Shown: positions 10,291-24,189 of the stretch, piece after piece
Layout of the letters: the number at the start of each line of letters is the position of its first letter
How positions within the stretch are numbered: position 1 is the stretch's first letter
NCBI GenBank assembly: GCA_030324005.1
Contig: JARDVH010000124.1
Coordinates: 19,961,292 to 20,025,291, forward strand
Direction of reading: 5' to 3'
Source: Negaprion brevirostris
Taxonomy: Eukaryota
Length of the DNA stretch: 64,000 nucleotides
Made by a program: the position numbers and the translations under genes
The notes under the pieces: model-generated
The model's database searches: none
The model's input: only the letters and a program-made list of their open reading frames with translations
Told to the model about the DNA's origin: nothing

Positions 10291-13200
10291 TAGTTAAGGT
10301 GCTGCCTGAGGAAACCATGTTTGTTTAGTATCTCAATGGAAGACATAAATGTATGACTTATTTTGTCCAATTCCACATACATTTATACCTACCAGCAAAG
10401 GTTTACTGAATAAAAAAGTGTTACAGAACAGCATTGGTAAGCAGATAGGATTGATTCTGTGCAGATTATGCTACTGATATCCTGAAGTGCAATATAATCC
10501 AGTTGTTACGACTACAAATGTTTTGAACTGAATATTTGCTGCACCCCAGTGAAAGCTGGTTTCCTATTATCACAAGATTTTTGGCCAAGGTTTTACACAG
10601 CTAAAACCATAAATTTTGCATAAATTACTGGTAACACACAAAGCAGTTGTAATGTGTTAGGTACATGGAGTAGTTCTTCCAAACAGTATTCACTGGCAAA
10701 GTCTGTGCCAACAGGAATCAGGGGATCGGACATTTAGCCCTTAAGGCAGTTTCTTGCTGGATTCCTTTTGCCAGCTATTGCCTGGCCATATAATTCTTCA
10801 TGTTTAGATTCCTCTCACATAAATTCTGCAACACACTCATTAAGTTCCTGAAAATTATTTTAAGTNNNNNNNNNNNNNNNNNNNNNNNNNNNNNNNNNTT
10901 GAAAATATTTGTAACTGAATTTCTGGATTTTTACATTAACATTACATTTATGGCATTTTCTCTTGTAGTTCCCTTTTGCTTTTGCATTGAACATCTTTGA
11001 TTTTCAGTCCACTGCATTTTTAGTATCAGGGTGAGTATTATTTTCTCTTGATCTGTTTTGATGGGGGATTAGATCAAAGTAGGGATCAAAAGCTGCATTC
11101 TATTCAGGCTCATAATAACTAACAAACATTTAGTGCTTCAGATTCTGACGGCAAAACATTCAAATGCTAACATAGGGATTGCAAACCGACTAGAACAAAA
11201 ATGTCAGTTATACAATGTAAACATTTGAATTATATTTGATGTGCAGACAAAATATATCAGATTTACTATCACCGTTACTGAATTTTATTGTTTCCGTCCT
11301 GGAAAAAGGAGACAGGCCGATTGTTTACTCATGCGGCTTTTATGAAAGTAGAGGTAAATGGCTGATCTTTGTTCATGTTGTGCTTTGGAATAATTGAACC
11401 ATGGATAAAATGGAAATTGAAGAATTGGGACAGCAGGTTAAGCTGCACCCATTTGTTAACAGCTTGCTACCATTCGTGAATTTGTATCGCGAGAGTGTTT
11501 GCATCAATTTTCTGTCTTTTAACCTCATTTAGACCATGGATTTGACACTAATGCTGTCACTTGGGTTTTCTTTTCTTCCCCCGGCAATTGAATTGACTTG
11601 GAGTGAAATGTCCACAAATTGCACATTATCAAGGGCTGCCACATGGCCAAATTCAAACTCATCCTGAACGACAGCAAGTGACACATCTCTATTTCAATGG
11701 CTTGATGTGTGAAGTCCTTAGAACATGAGTGAACTTAGACTTTCATCTTGCGACTTATGTGCTATGTTGATCTGTGGATACATCAGATGCAGGGAAACAG
11801 CTAAAACTAATGCACCATTAAACAGTTTGACTGACATTTCAATAATAACAGCTACTGTTGTAGGCTTTTTCTATGATACCTGTTAAAGTAATTTCCATGT
11901 CAAAAATCAGGCTTCTAGCAACATCATTTATAGGTGTGATGTTTATAAAGCAATTGTTTGTATTTGTGTAACAGAAACATCAGATGAGGTATTTAATATT
12001 TCAGACGCGAGTCACCACTACCTCAGAGAAATCAAGTTGTCACTCAACAGTATGACAATTAACAAAACAAAGAGCAAATGTCAGATAACACAGTCAACAA
12101 AATCTATTATTTTGCATTAGAAAGTCCATATTGGATCAATTCTTATTTGCAACCTATTTAAAATGCATGTTAATAGGCTCTTAATCAAGTCAGAATTTTA
12201 AACAATTAATTTTACACTTCAAAGAATTTTCAGCATTAACATTCACAATATTTTTGAACATTGTAGTTCCGAATAAGATCTGGGCTTGCTGAGGTGGTAG
12301 CTTATCACATCAATGAATCTATAGGAAATTAGGTGAATATGTTTCCAAAACAAATGTCCATCTTCAATTAATTGTGAAACAGTTTCTGAGTCTTTCTAAT
12401 CAAAGCACTTTTCACTGGCATCTTTCTGCTTTAGATCACTGTTAAGTATTCTTTTACTGGGGTAAAATTGCTGGGAAAATGTAACTAAAAATTAAGGGCT
12501 CTGCAAGAAATGGAACTCCTGATACCATTTAAAATCAAAATCCTATTCCAAGAACCAATGGAGAAGGAAAAAAATTTTGTAGCAGAATGGTTCAGCTGTA
12601 ATATTTTCAGCTCTGGGACCTGTGGTTATTTGAGTCTAAACTGATAGGAATGCAAGTAATCTTTCTCGTGATAGCCAGAAATCTATCAAATGAGTCAGTT
12701 TGGCCATCTCTGTCTAGTATCTAATGAATACAGATTCATGCAATGTGTCACAATTCCACACCAAGAATTCACTCAAAGGTCACAAATCTGAAATACTAAT
12801 CAACTGAAAATAATGAACAAACAGCAAATTATAATCGGACAATGAATAATGATCATTATCCAGTGCTTGAGCAGGAAGGGGGAGGGGGAGTTGCAACTGC
12901 CAAACCTCTGATACTCACAGAGGTAGTTTACACCAAAGGTATTGGACAACTGTCAGTATTGGATGCCTGCTTTCTCCCTCTAATGCAGGAGTTACAACCC
13001 TGCTTCCATCTTGACCAGCTAATGTAACAATGCTCTCAAAGTCACAGAACAGAATGTGCAAATTCATGGATTAGAGTACTGAAATCGCATGCAGCAGAAC
13101 TAGCATAGTTCAAGCATATCAGAGATTTACACGAGTTCTGAATTCAGCAAGATTCAAAGGTTTACTTTCCTCAAACCATGACAGCCTAACAAATGTTTGT

Positions 13201-13342
13201 GACCCACTCACAAGAGTTCCTTGCTGTTAATCAGCTGCAAAAGATTAATATAGTTTTACAGGTCTGCCTTATCTGTTAATTTACAAGATTTGAAGATTTT
13301 CTACTTTATAACCATAATGTTTTGACAGCAAGAACTGACTGT

Positions 13343-14480
13343 TGTTACAAATCATACATTTTAGATTATTTTTAGTTTGGAAATGGTAATTTTTAAATTT
13401 AGGATAAATGAAAGGGAGTAGCCAGGCCTGGAAAGTTTACAGATCGAAACAAGGCTCATGTTAAAGATGATGTGAGGTGTTAAAAGTTATCCCATGAGAA
13501 TACGATTGGGATTGGCCAGGTATCCCAGGAGAGGGTTTGAAATTAAGATGGGGGGAGGGTGTTGAATTATTCATGCAATTTCCCCAGATCAAGGATGGGA
13601 CTCTCTGGTTGCACACATCTCAAAACCGGAAATTCCCACCTGAGCTTATTGGACCTTTGAATGTTTCGCTGAATTTGCAGTCTTACGTGCTACGATTCCC
13701 ACAGCAGACTAGATGGGAGAATTTTGGCTTAAAGAGTTTGAAAGCACTTGGTAAACAAAGGAAGATTTTAAGTTATCCATATATTTTCCATATCAAAAGC
13801 GCAGATCTAAATTTAAAGATAATTAATTTGCATTTCTATTTGAGAACAGATCATGTGTGTCACACTGCAATGGAGATAGACTGTGGGAGTTAGAAAGTTT
13901 CTATTCTTTTGATATATTTTAGCTGTACATGTCAGTTTACGGTTCGAGCAGCATGGAGAAGATGGAATATGCTAGGAGCAGTGAACATGAGCAGCAGAAA
14001 TCAGAAAGGTTTCCGTGGGATGCTGAGCAGAAACTGAGAGTGAGACTGAGTTTCAGAATGAAAAGCCAAGACTCTCATGAAACTAGGGTCTTCCAGATCT
14101 GCCTAGTGAAGCCAGTGGAAAATATCAACAGGGAAATTCTCAAAGAAAGGAAGTCTTTGAAGTAATTACCAGACTCGAAAACCAAAAAAAATTAAAGTGA
14201 ATTCCTGGGAGCTGAGATGCACATTGATTTTGTTCCAGGTGAACCGAATGAACAAACAAGAAACTGTAATTTAAAAGGGGATTCCTGGTTGAAATTAGAA
14301 GTACTCTGTTTGGGATTTTGGTTTGAAGTATATGTGCCAATGAGATATAGTATCAAGTTAATAGAACTCGTCCTTTTTCTTTTGTCAGTAAAAGTCTTTT
14401 CTTCCTCTAAAACATGAAGCTTGTACAGTCTTTTCAGTTAATAACTAGTAATTTGAATTTATTTTTCAAAGGTACTGTTA
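13343..14480 (+). mobile_element. Probable decayed solo LTR (Gypsy-like)
   Basis: Starts TGTTACA; purine-rich middle, T-rich 3' part; the 3' boundary and TSD are not clear. Confidence 0.45.
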
Positions 14481-15879
14481 GCTAAAAATGAAAGTCGCGT
14501 GTTGTGGAGAACACAATTTTTTTTAAAAAATTAAAATTTGGTTCACAGTGAGAATCTGGTTTTAAATAAGTTCTTGGTTACAGACCATCAAGATAAGATA
14601 ATGGTTTAGCCTACTCAGGCTGCAAGGACACAAGGGATCTAACATTCCTCTGCAGGATTACAAAAGGTACAAACTGATTTGCTGCCATTTTAACAAAACC
14701 ATAAAGAAATCATTGATATAACATGAGATGATAATTGTGGATTTGTTCAAGAAGGACTGATTACAGTTACTAGACCTGAGGAAATTGGAACATCGAACAG
14801 AACTGATGATAAATATCATGCCAATTGGCTATTCTTTAATTCTGAACTCACTTTCTCTGTTCAGGTCTCTGGATCAGTTTTCCAACAGCACAATGAGACA
14901 AGTCTACTTGCGCCTCATGCAATGTTTGACCAACATATGGTGCCAAGTGCAATTTGTGTGCAATTACAAGATGCCATTATTCAACTTTACATAGCAGAAA
15001 AATTGCACTGCATTTGAAGAATGACACAACTGATCACCATCGTAACTTGCAACAGACACTAGCCGAGCTATATAGAGGAGGGGTAGCAATATAAAATGAC
15101 GAAATGAAGCACTCATTATTGGTGAGGAAGGAACAGCAGAGATATGACTGAGAAGTCAGTTGGTACAAAATTAATATCCAGTATATTGTGCACCCTTACT
15201 AAATTGTATGTGGACCTATTTCAAAGGGAGGCCAGATAGATCATAAATATCATTATTGAGATACTGAGGAGTAATTTCTCTTCTTACAGATCACATTGGA
15301 AAATGGCTTAGTTATTTGTAATTTTGTCACCCCAATAATGTTGCAATGGTAGCAACATTTGCATTGGATCTCACTACAAGTACAGTATGTATAGTCCTGA
15401 GGTGAATATTCTAAAATGTGGCTTCAGCTTGATGGGAGAATTGTTACAGAAAACTTTGAGGAAAAGTTCCCAAGACCTCAAATGCTGTCCACTTTTCTAT
15501 GCTCACTAAAAACATACCTCCAATTTGGAGAATGGAACAATCTAGACAAATCCTCCAGCGGTAGTTCTGTGCTATCATCTAGTCCCACACAATTGATTCA
15601 GTAGGTAATGTATCAGAAAGCATGCAAACGACAGGGGCTAGTGCGGCAGAGACACTGGGATGAACACAAATCATACAGGGCTATTCAGGGGTGCAGGCAT
15701 CTGCATTTCACAATTGATTACTTGGTAGTCCATCAGAGCTTTTCTGCAACTGGGGAAATACTTGGTAAAACAACAGAACCACATTGAACCTGACAAATTT
15801 CTAAGCAAACTCAGAGGCAAACACGACTATTCTATTAATTCTATCAGATAAAAAAGTGTTCCAAATTTTCAAATGCTTG

Positions 15880-16065
15880 GTAAAATCTGAAGTGCCATTG
15901 GAGGCAAAGAAACTAGTAAACTTTGAAGGAGAATTAAATATCCACTTGAAAAGGAACAATTTGCAAGCTACAAGACCAAAGGAGTGGAACCAATTGGATA
16001 ACTCTTTTGACATAGGCATGATGGGTTGAATAGTCTCCCTTTGTGCTGCATGATCCAAAGATTCA
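15880..16065 (+). mobile_element. CR1 3' end
   Basis: GGAGTGGAACCAATTGGATAACTCTTT...GGCATGATGGGTTGAATAGTCTCCCTTTGTGCTG terminal stem-loop region. Confidence 0.7.
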
Positions 16066-17559
16066 AAGACTCTACAAAAACTGAACAGGGATATCAAATG
16101 CCAGCTCCACGACTGTAAATATGGCCAACAGCCAGAGGTCACTGGAAGAACTTCACAAACAAATCATATTCATTTGGCTCTCTGGCTGAAATAGTGAATC
16201 TACTGCTGATTCCAGCCAACAGGTGTAAAGCAGGATGTGTCGTATGAGGTATTCGGTTACTTTATTGATATGGTTTATGGCAAAATTTTCGACTCCAGTT
16301 GATCACTGGTGCCCTGCAGATAGTTAATCATCCTTAGAGGTCTTGGTGGAGTAGGAGGGATATAGTTCAATTACAGGCTGATAATTTGATCAACTTCCTT
16401 TCTTCCTTCAACACAGTAATGTATTGGTAATTGTTATTACACTCAAACTCAAGCAAAAAAGCCTCATGGCATTGATTGCTCTTGTATCGCTCACAACTGT
16501 TGGCTGTTGTTATTCTCATTCACAAACCTGGCAGTTAAATATTAACCTTTCCATTCATCTTGACAGTTGGGGGGTTCTCAACAGGCTCATCAATAACTTT
16601 TAAGAATGTGTTGACAAACATTTTTTTTTTAAATAAAATGCAACTTTCCCTAATGTTTGTTTTGATTTGCAATATTGGAACATTAAATATGAAGGATTAA
16701 TAATATATCGGCACCATCTGCTAATAATCCATAATTTATTTTTTACTTCAATTTTTGGTGCTAAAATTCAGAGGTCAGTATGAGCCTGAGTCTTAAAGAA
16801 TTGTAGGATATGGATAATGCATTGCACATCTCTGTTCACCTATTTCCCTGTCATTTATAGTTCTTGGCACAGCACACAAGTTGCAGCAGCTGAACATGGG
16901 AATTGTCACTCTAAGTATTCATCCATTTTTACTTAAAATCTATCACAAAAAATGGCTCTAGGTGATGCTGCTATCAAATGCTTGTGATAGGCATTTATGG
17001 TGATATCCACTTTGGAAAGCATGACATGTGTGAGGCCTACATATTGCTATTTTTGTGAGCACGGAGCCCATCTGTGATCAGTGGTGCCATTCCTCTCAGA
17101 TCTGCAGAGTCTGGATGTGGTACATGCATTCATGGCTCCCTGAAGTTTCTTGCAGCAACTTTTCTTTTTACCTCCCTGTTACTGAAAGTGGATCAAAAAC
17201 CATCCGCTAAAATTAAAAGCACAACTGAGTTATTGCAATACACCAGAGGTAGTAAATCAAAAGGGGAAAAGCCTTTGGGAAAAAAGTATTAGTTCAATTT
17301 CGCTCCCTGCTTTTAAATCTCCTGATTTCTCATTAATTATTTATAAATCATCTGGTGAAGGCATCTGTGTCCTCTTTCACTGCCACACTTTTGATATAAC
17401 CATTTGAATTTCTCTTGCAGCAACTGAAGAAGATATTTACATAAAACAAATGCTGAATAATGTGAAGTCCATATTCTATGAGTACTTGCTGATAATATAA
17501 GCTAAAAATGAAATGAAAACTATTTTGTGGAATCATTGAAGCCTTTTGCTTCTTCCTAA

Positions 17560-18020
17560 TGTTGGGACAGCCTGCTTCCAAACAGAATCCTTCTTCATTG
17601 AAAAACAGCATGTGACCCAAACATCCTTGTAAACTATTGCCACATCTCCAACGTATCTTTTCTTTCCTAAGTCCTTAAAGGTGTTGTCACCTACCCCCCA
17701 AATCAGTGTCCAACTTTCCTGGAAGTTCATGTCTTGAATCCTTCTGATTAGTTATTTTCCCTGCCACAGTGCCAAAACACAAAGTCCCAAATTACATCTT
17801 ATGTTTCTGTGACAAAGGCAAACTATCCCTCTCTGTTCTACTGAATCTATCTTCTGCCTTCGGCACACTTGTCCAACCATCTCTCTCCATCCTACAGTTG
17901 GGTAAGACTGCTTTCAGGTCATTTCATTCTTACCTATCTAATCACAGCCAAGTATTATTTGTAATGGTTTACTTCTCACTCCCACACCACTCGTATCGAC
18001 CAAGGATCTAAGCTTGGCCC
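17560..18020 (+). mobile_element. L2-clade LINE RT remnant
   Basis: Peptide CDKGKLSLSVLLNLSSAFGT resembles the L2 'LVLLDLSAAFDT' motif, followed by FHSYLSNHSQ. Confidence 0.7.
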
Positions 18021-18139
18021 TCCCACAGAAAAGTAATTTGGTACTATTCATAGCGCTCACAAGCTGCTAGGAAGACCTAGGTTCATTTATACCACCATAC
18101 AAGGTGGACCACTTCCTTGTGCATTTTCGGTGTCACTTG

Positions 18140-18270
18140 ACAGAATTTTCTAGCTATGCTCGCCCCAAAACTGGAAAATCCCACCCAAGGTCAATGAACC
18201 TTTGCACGTTTCCCCCCACCCCCCACCCTTTACGATTCCCATGGCAGGCGGGACTGGAAAATACCCCCAG
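18140..18270. mobile_element. Short degenerate MITE-like element
   Basis: GC-rich island bounded by the imperfect inverted ends GAATTTTC / GGAAAATAC. Confidence 0.35.
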
Positions 18271-18649
18271 AATGTCAGTGATACATTAAAACGAACAAGT
18301 TGGCTTGATACAAACTAACAACATTGTGCAGTCCTTAACCAATTTCAAGTTCTTGTATCCATATCACCTATCATTTATCAATTGTTCTCTCTGTAAAATA
18401 TGCTTCTGACATTTCAGTGAATGTTCAAGATATGTAATCAGGAAATTTTAGTAAATGGGATTTTATTCTCCGATTAATTCAGAGACTGTGAAGTATTGAC
18501 TGAAAGGTTTTTTGGTAAACATCAATGAAGAAAGTTTTTTGAAGAAAATACCAAAGAAATTATCTCCTGTAGGAATCAAAACAGAGCTCTGGGATTAACA
18601 GCCTGATTAACATGCAACTGAGTTAACTGGACTGAAAGTGGTTTCACTG

Positions 18650-19803
18650 GATTCTCTGCAGTTCGTCTATCGCCGCAACAGGTCCACAGCAGATGCCATC
18701 TCTAACTCTACACTCAACCCTGGAACAGGAAGATAACCTATGTCAGTTCTTATTCATATGCTACAGCTCAGCCTTTAACACCATTATTTCTGAGACTCAT
18801 CTCCAAACTTTGTGGCCAGAGGTTCATCAGGTCGTCCCTCTGCAACTGGATCCTGGACCTCCTAACCAACAGACAGCAATCAGTAACACTTCCTCCACAA
18901 TCCTCAACACCGGTGCTCTGCAAGGCTATGTTCTCAGTCCTTTACTACACTCGTTATACTCCTTTGATTGTATGGCCAAATTCCTCTTCAATTCGATTTT
19001 CAAGTTTGCTGATGACAGCGTCATTGTGGGTTGGATGTCAAACAATGACAAAAAACAGGAAAGAGACAGAAAATCTGGTGAGTTGGTACGACAACAATAA
19101 TCTCTCCCTTAATGACAACAAAACGAAAATGATAACCATCGACTTCAGGAAGCATAGTGGGGGGCATGCCCCTGTCTACATCAATGAGGGAAGAAGTAGA
19201 AAAGGTCAAGAGATTCATAGTTTTAGGTATCCAGATTACCAACAACCTGTTCTGGTCTCTCCATGCTAACCAACACCTCTATCTTCTCAGGAGACTAAGG
19301 AAATTTGGCTACAACTCTCACCAACTTTTACAGATGAACCAGAGAAAGCATTCTTTCCGGTTGGAGCTTGGTATGGCTCCTGCTCTGGTCAAGACGGCAA
19401 GAAGCTACAAAGGGTCATGAGTGAAGCCCAGTCCATCACTCAACCAGTCTCCCATCCATTGACACTGTCTACACTTCCCACTACCTCAGAAAAGCAGTCA
19501 GCATAATCAGGAATTCCATGCATCCCAGACATACTCTCTTCCACCTTCTTCCATCGGGAAGAAGATATAAAAGTCTGAGATCATATACCAACGACTCAAA
19601 AACAGCTTCTTCTCTGCTGCCACCCGACTTTGAATGGACCTACCTCACACTAAGTTGATCTTTTTCTATATCCTATGACTGTAACACTATATTCTGCACT
19701 CTCCCCTTTTCTTTCTTATGTACGGTATACTTTGTCTGTACAGCGTGCAAGAAACAATACTTTTCACTAATAATGTGACAATAATAAATCAAATCAAATC
19801 AAA
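18650..19803 (+). mobile_element. Rex1/Babar non-LTR retrotransposon, 5'-truncated and decayed
   Basis: LQFVYRRNRSTADAI, YSSAFNTI, GALQGYVLSPLL, KFADD, NLSLN..KTKMITIDFRK, LYLLRRLRKFG; 3' tail AATAA(ATCAA)n. Confidence 0.9.
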
Positions 19804-20749
19804 GATTTCTTATACAAGTATTAACAAGCTGCAGTAAACTCATTTATTTCTATGGTCTAATTTATTATGGATTTTCAAAGTTATTTGGTGTTCTGTGTGT
19901 GGTGTTTAATTTTTCTGTAGATATAATCATTTCTCTACCATGACATCAATACATAGCTTAAATAATAAATCAATTAACCAATCACAGCACTAACATTCAT
20001 TCCATAGTGATGTAAACAGCAGGTTTGCAGGATTTGATATAATAAGTCGGATACACAAAAATTCCATCCTGTGGTCAACATCAGAAACAATTGCAAATAG
20101 TTCCAATCTAAACTTGTCTACATTAACTAGCTGTAGGCTATCCTGACGACATAAAATACTGCACTGATCCCAGATGGTTCATGTGATATAGTTGAGATCA
20201 AGGTCAGACCGTGAGGGAAATAATGTCAGATCATGCAGCACAAAGGAGCATGTATCATTGATGGCCCCGAGAGTAAGGTAGTTCTTAGGCTTGTAAATAT
20301 GACGTAAATGATGCTGAGAAAGCTAGATATTGTGTGCTGAATGTAAAGGTTTCTCCATGTTTCAAGAAGAAAGAAAGTTTCTTGAATTCCTTTTTTAACA
20401 AAACAAAGCAAAATTGTTCACAGGTTCAGGATTTGAAAATATACCCATTGATGGATTATTTTGCTACTAAAGGCCTTCAGTGAGGAAGAGAAAATGAAGC
20501 ATTCCCAACTGTACAAAACTGATGGTTCTTTTATGACAGATGGTTGCTATGTAATTAAGGTTCAGACATCATCATATTTGTTTGTTTTGGGTCATGTGCA
20601 AATTTTACTTATTGACCCAAGAAAGGATACTTGGAACATAAAGAATAAAGTCACCATCTCTTGTTAATCATTCATTCTAATACAGTCACTTCTGTTTTTA
20701 TGGCTTTTTATCCTAATGTTCTTCTTTCACTTCACACCTGTTTCAGCTG

Positions 20750-21740
20750 CAGCATATCATTGTGGTGTTCCACAGAGCAATGTCATAGACCCAAGCATCT
20801 TAAACTGTCTCATTAATGAACTGTCCTTCATCATAAGGTTGGAAGTGGGAATGTATGCTTATGACTTCACGCTATTCAGTACAAATCTCAGACACTGAAG
20901 TAGTAAGCGTGTGCATGGATGCATGCAGCAAAAACTGGACAACATCCAGGCTTGGATGATAAATAGCACATGACACCCAGGCTTCACAAGTGCAAGGCAA
21001 TGGCTATCTCTGAGAAGAGAGATTCCAACAATTTCTCCTGGGACATTCAATGGCATTATAATTGCTGAATACCCCATCATCAACATTCTATGCATCATCA
21101 TTGACTAGGAACTAGACTGAACAAGACATTTAAATATTGTGGCTACAAGGACAGGTCAGAGACTGGGAACTCTGCAGTGACTAACCCAGCTCCCAACTCT
21201 CCAAAGCTGATCCACCATCTACAAAGCACAAGTCATGAGTGAAATGGAATACTCTCCACTTCCCTGGATGAGTGCAATTCTAACAAACATTCAAGAAGCT
21301 GAACACCTTCCAGGACAAAGCAGACAACTTGATTGCCACCTCACACATCACGTTAAGTATTTACTCTTTTCACCACCAGCACAGAGTGGCAGCAGCATGT
21401 ACCATCTACAAGGTGCATAGTAGCAGCTCGCCCCAAGCCTCCATCAACAGTGCCTTCCAAACTCATGATTTCCACTACCTAGAAAAACAAAGGCAGCAGA
21501 TGTACAGGAACATTATGAGCTGCACATTTACCTCCATGCCACACACCATCCTGAAGTAGAAGTATATCGTCAGTCCTTCACTATCGTTGGGTTGAAATCC
21601 TGGAACTCGCTCCTTAACAGCTTAACAGGATGTACCTATACCACAGTCTGCAGCAGTTCAGGAAGGCAATTCATCACTACCTTCTTGAGGCAATTAAAGA
21701 TGGGCAAGAAATGCTGGCATTACCAGTAACATCCCATAAT
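20750..21740 (+). mobile_element. CR1-group LINE RT plus 3' tail ('GGGCAATAAATGCTGG' family)
   Basis: GVPQSNVIDP, MYAYD (degenerate FADD), IYKAQV-S-MEYSPL-W; family tail at 21690-21740. Confidence 0.85.
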
Positions 21741-21834
21741 GTCTTGTCTATGCTTTAGTAATGCAGAACCAGCTCCAAATTAATGCTTAAGAAAATTTCT
21801 GATCTTCATTATGCAAGCAAATGTCGACTAATAT

Positions 21835-22055
21835 GTAAAATTGCCATAAACCCAGATGACCATAGACTGCTCTCCCATTTGAGGGGGAGAGTTGAATGGT
21901 GCTGATTTAACCTGAGGGTTACCACACCTCAGGAGTGGGGCAAGGTTGAGAAGTTGAGCCTTAATGAATAACCTCAACTGGTACTGAAATTGAACCTGCA
22001 CTGTTGGCATTGCTTTGCATCACGAAGCAGTCATCCAGCCAACTGAGCTAAACCA
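21835..22055 (-). mobile_element. tRNA-derived SINE (distinct family)
   Basis: Reverse complement begins GGTTTAGCTCAGTTGG (A-box) with GGTTCAATT (B-box-like); internal hairpin CCTGAGG/CCTCAGG. Confidence 0.75.
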
Positions 22056-23096
22056 ACCATCATGCAAGTAGAGAAGTTACTTTTGGAATGCATAAAAGGA
22101 TAAGCTTTTTGAAGACATTTAGTAGTACTTTCACCTGTCACATCTCTCAACTGTCAACACCTCCTCTATTTCCAACTCTCTAATGTTTCACCATAACATG
22201 CTGCGCCAGAACACGTTTTTTCCTTCTGTCTAGTTAGAACTCATCTTGAAATTTCAAGTGAAGTTTGTAATCAATCCCTTGGTGCAAAAGGTTTCCAGTA
22301 TTGGAATTGGATTTGCTTCACAAATTTTCTGTGGTCCAGGCAGAGGTGCAATTCTTGGCGGGATATAGCTTCCTCTTTTTATTGTGGTTAATCTTACAGC
22401 TTCAGAGAAAACTGCAAGCACGGCTCCCTGCTGATATTGACTGAAGAGCTTGAAAACAGGATGGTGGACAAAAGTGAGTGATAGATGAAAAGCAACCTAA
22501 CTTTAAAGTGTGTTGAAAAGAAAGAGCAGAGGACAATGATATTGGTTGTGAAAAAAGAGAGCTTGGAGGTGGGACTTTTTCCTGAACGACAATCACTGCT
22601 TGAATAAAAGGTAGGATTAGTGCCTGAAGGAAGTAGAGTTTACCCACATCAACGGATGTTACAGACAGGGTCAGGAAAGAACTGAAATCCTTAAAATAAC
22701 TCTTTTTCCCTTACTGCCCTAATCAGTGTGACTTTGGAAAGGAAGGTGCGTGTCTCATGGCACTCTTGAGTGTGTAGTCAACTTGAATAACAGCAGCAAG
22801 CTTTTATGGAATTCAATTAAGAGATTAATTATTCCTACACCATTTTCAAAGTCAACACTACACCCACACACATCACACACAAGTTTGGTACATCTTGGAA
22901 GGTCAGTCATTCTCAGATCTCAGGATTATTGCAGGATTCCCTTGAAAAGATGATGCACACCAGACCATGAAGTTAGGCATTTGTGGTTTTGATTCTGACT
23001 TCAAATTTGTTGATAGGTGGACTTGGATTATGAATCAGCCTGGAACGTATTTTTTAAGATGTAAAAATCTCCATGTTTTCAGTGTTGTTGTCTGTC

Positions 23097-23248
23097 GGTG
23101 AAATTCTGCAGTGATGTTCTTTGCAGACTGACTAGATGATATTCTACAGTGGTCTCCTTTGCAAAGTGTCCAAATGATATCTTGCAGTGATGGTGTTTGC
23201 TGACTGTCCAGATGATATTCTGCAGTGATGCTCTTTCCTGTCTGCCCA
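23097..23248. repeat. Degenerate 38-bp minisatellite, 4 units
   Basis: Units start at 23097, 23135, 23173 and 23211; consensus about GATGATATTCTGCAGTGATGNTCTTTGCAGACTGTCCA. Confidence 0.85.
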
Positions 23249-23679
23249 GGTCTTTCTTGTACTTGAGATAATAAAGGATTTTGGTATCAGAAGCCTGTTT
23301 CAGTCACATGACCAAGTGCCACTGAGCACCAGAATGGCTTAGAGCTAGATAGTGGAGATAGATGATGACTCTTCACACTTACTTGTGGTTAGGTTTTCTG
23401 CAGTTCTCTTTTGTTAAACTGGAAATCTGTAGACATGAAGACTGGAAGTACATTGATTTTCAGTTTGGAGCCAACCTCAAACAATGGCAGGTGTGAATGT
23501 GACAGAGAGATATTTTCCACACACATCCATTCAACTGGAAGACCCCAAATCAGGATGGTCCAACTACAAACTATCCAAAAGACTGATGGACTCTGTATCA
23601 AAGTTGCAAAGGTTGTGAACTTCTGCAGCCAACATAGCCACCTTGCTAGTGTCCATTTAAAAAAGGCAGTTTTAGGTTA

Positions 23680-24180
23680 GAGAGCAAATTAATGCATTAT
23701 TGAGGAAAGGTATTGGCTCCAACAATATGGTATCTACATATAGAGAGCTGAGAAATACAGGAGGGTGAAAAATGATAGTGGGATTGTATAGAGTCCCCCA
23801 AACTGTAGTGGTGATTTTGGGATTGGCATTAAACAGGAAATTAGAGATAAAAGGGGAAAAGGAATATCTGTCATTATGGGTGAATTTAATCTGCATATTG
23901 GTTGGGTAAATCAAATTAGTCACAGTTCCATAGAGAAGAGATTCCTGGAGTGTATATGGGATGGTTTTCTGGACCAATACGTTGAAGAACCAAGCAGAGA
24001 ACAGGCCATCCTAGACTGGGTATTGTGAAAAAGGACTAATTGGCAAGCCAGTTGCATGAAACCTTTTGGGAACAAGAAACATAAAATGACAGAATTCTTC
24101 ATCAAGATAGAGAGTCACATAATTTATTCTGAGACTCAGGTCCTAAATCTTAATAAAAGGAAACTACAATGTTATGATGG
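23680..24180 (+). mobile_element. CR1 ORF2 AP-endonuclease remnant
   Basis: VGLYRVP, IMGEFNL, FLECIWDGFLDQYVEEPSREQAILDWVL motifs. Confidence 0.85.
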
Positions 24181-24189
24181 TATTCCGGA

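Noticed and set aside
23097-23248. CRISPR-like regular spacing
   Set aside because: The units are contiguous and degenerate with no unique spacers, there are no cas genes, and the context is vertebrate.
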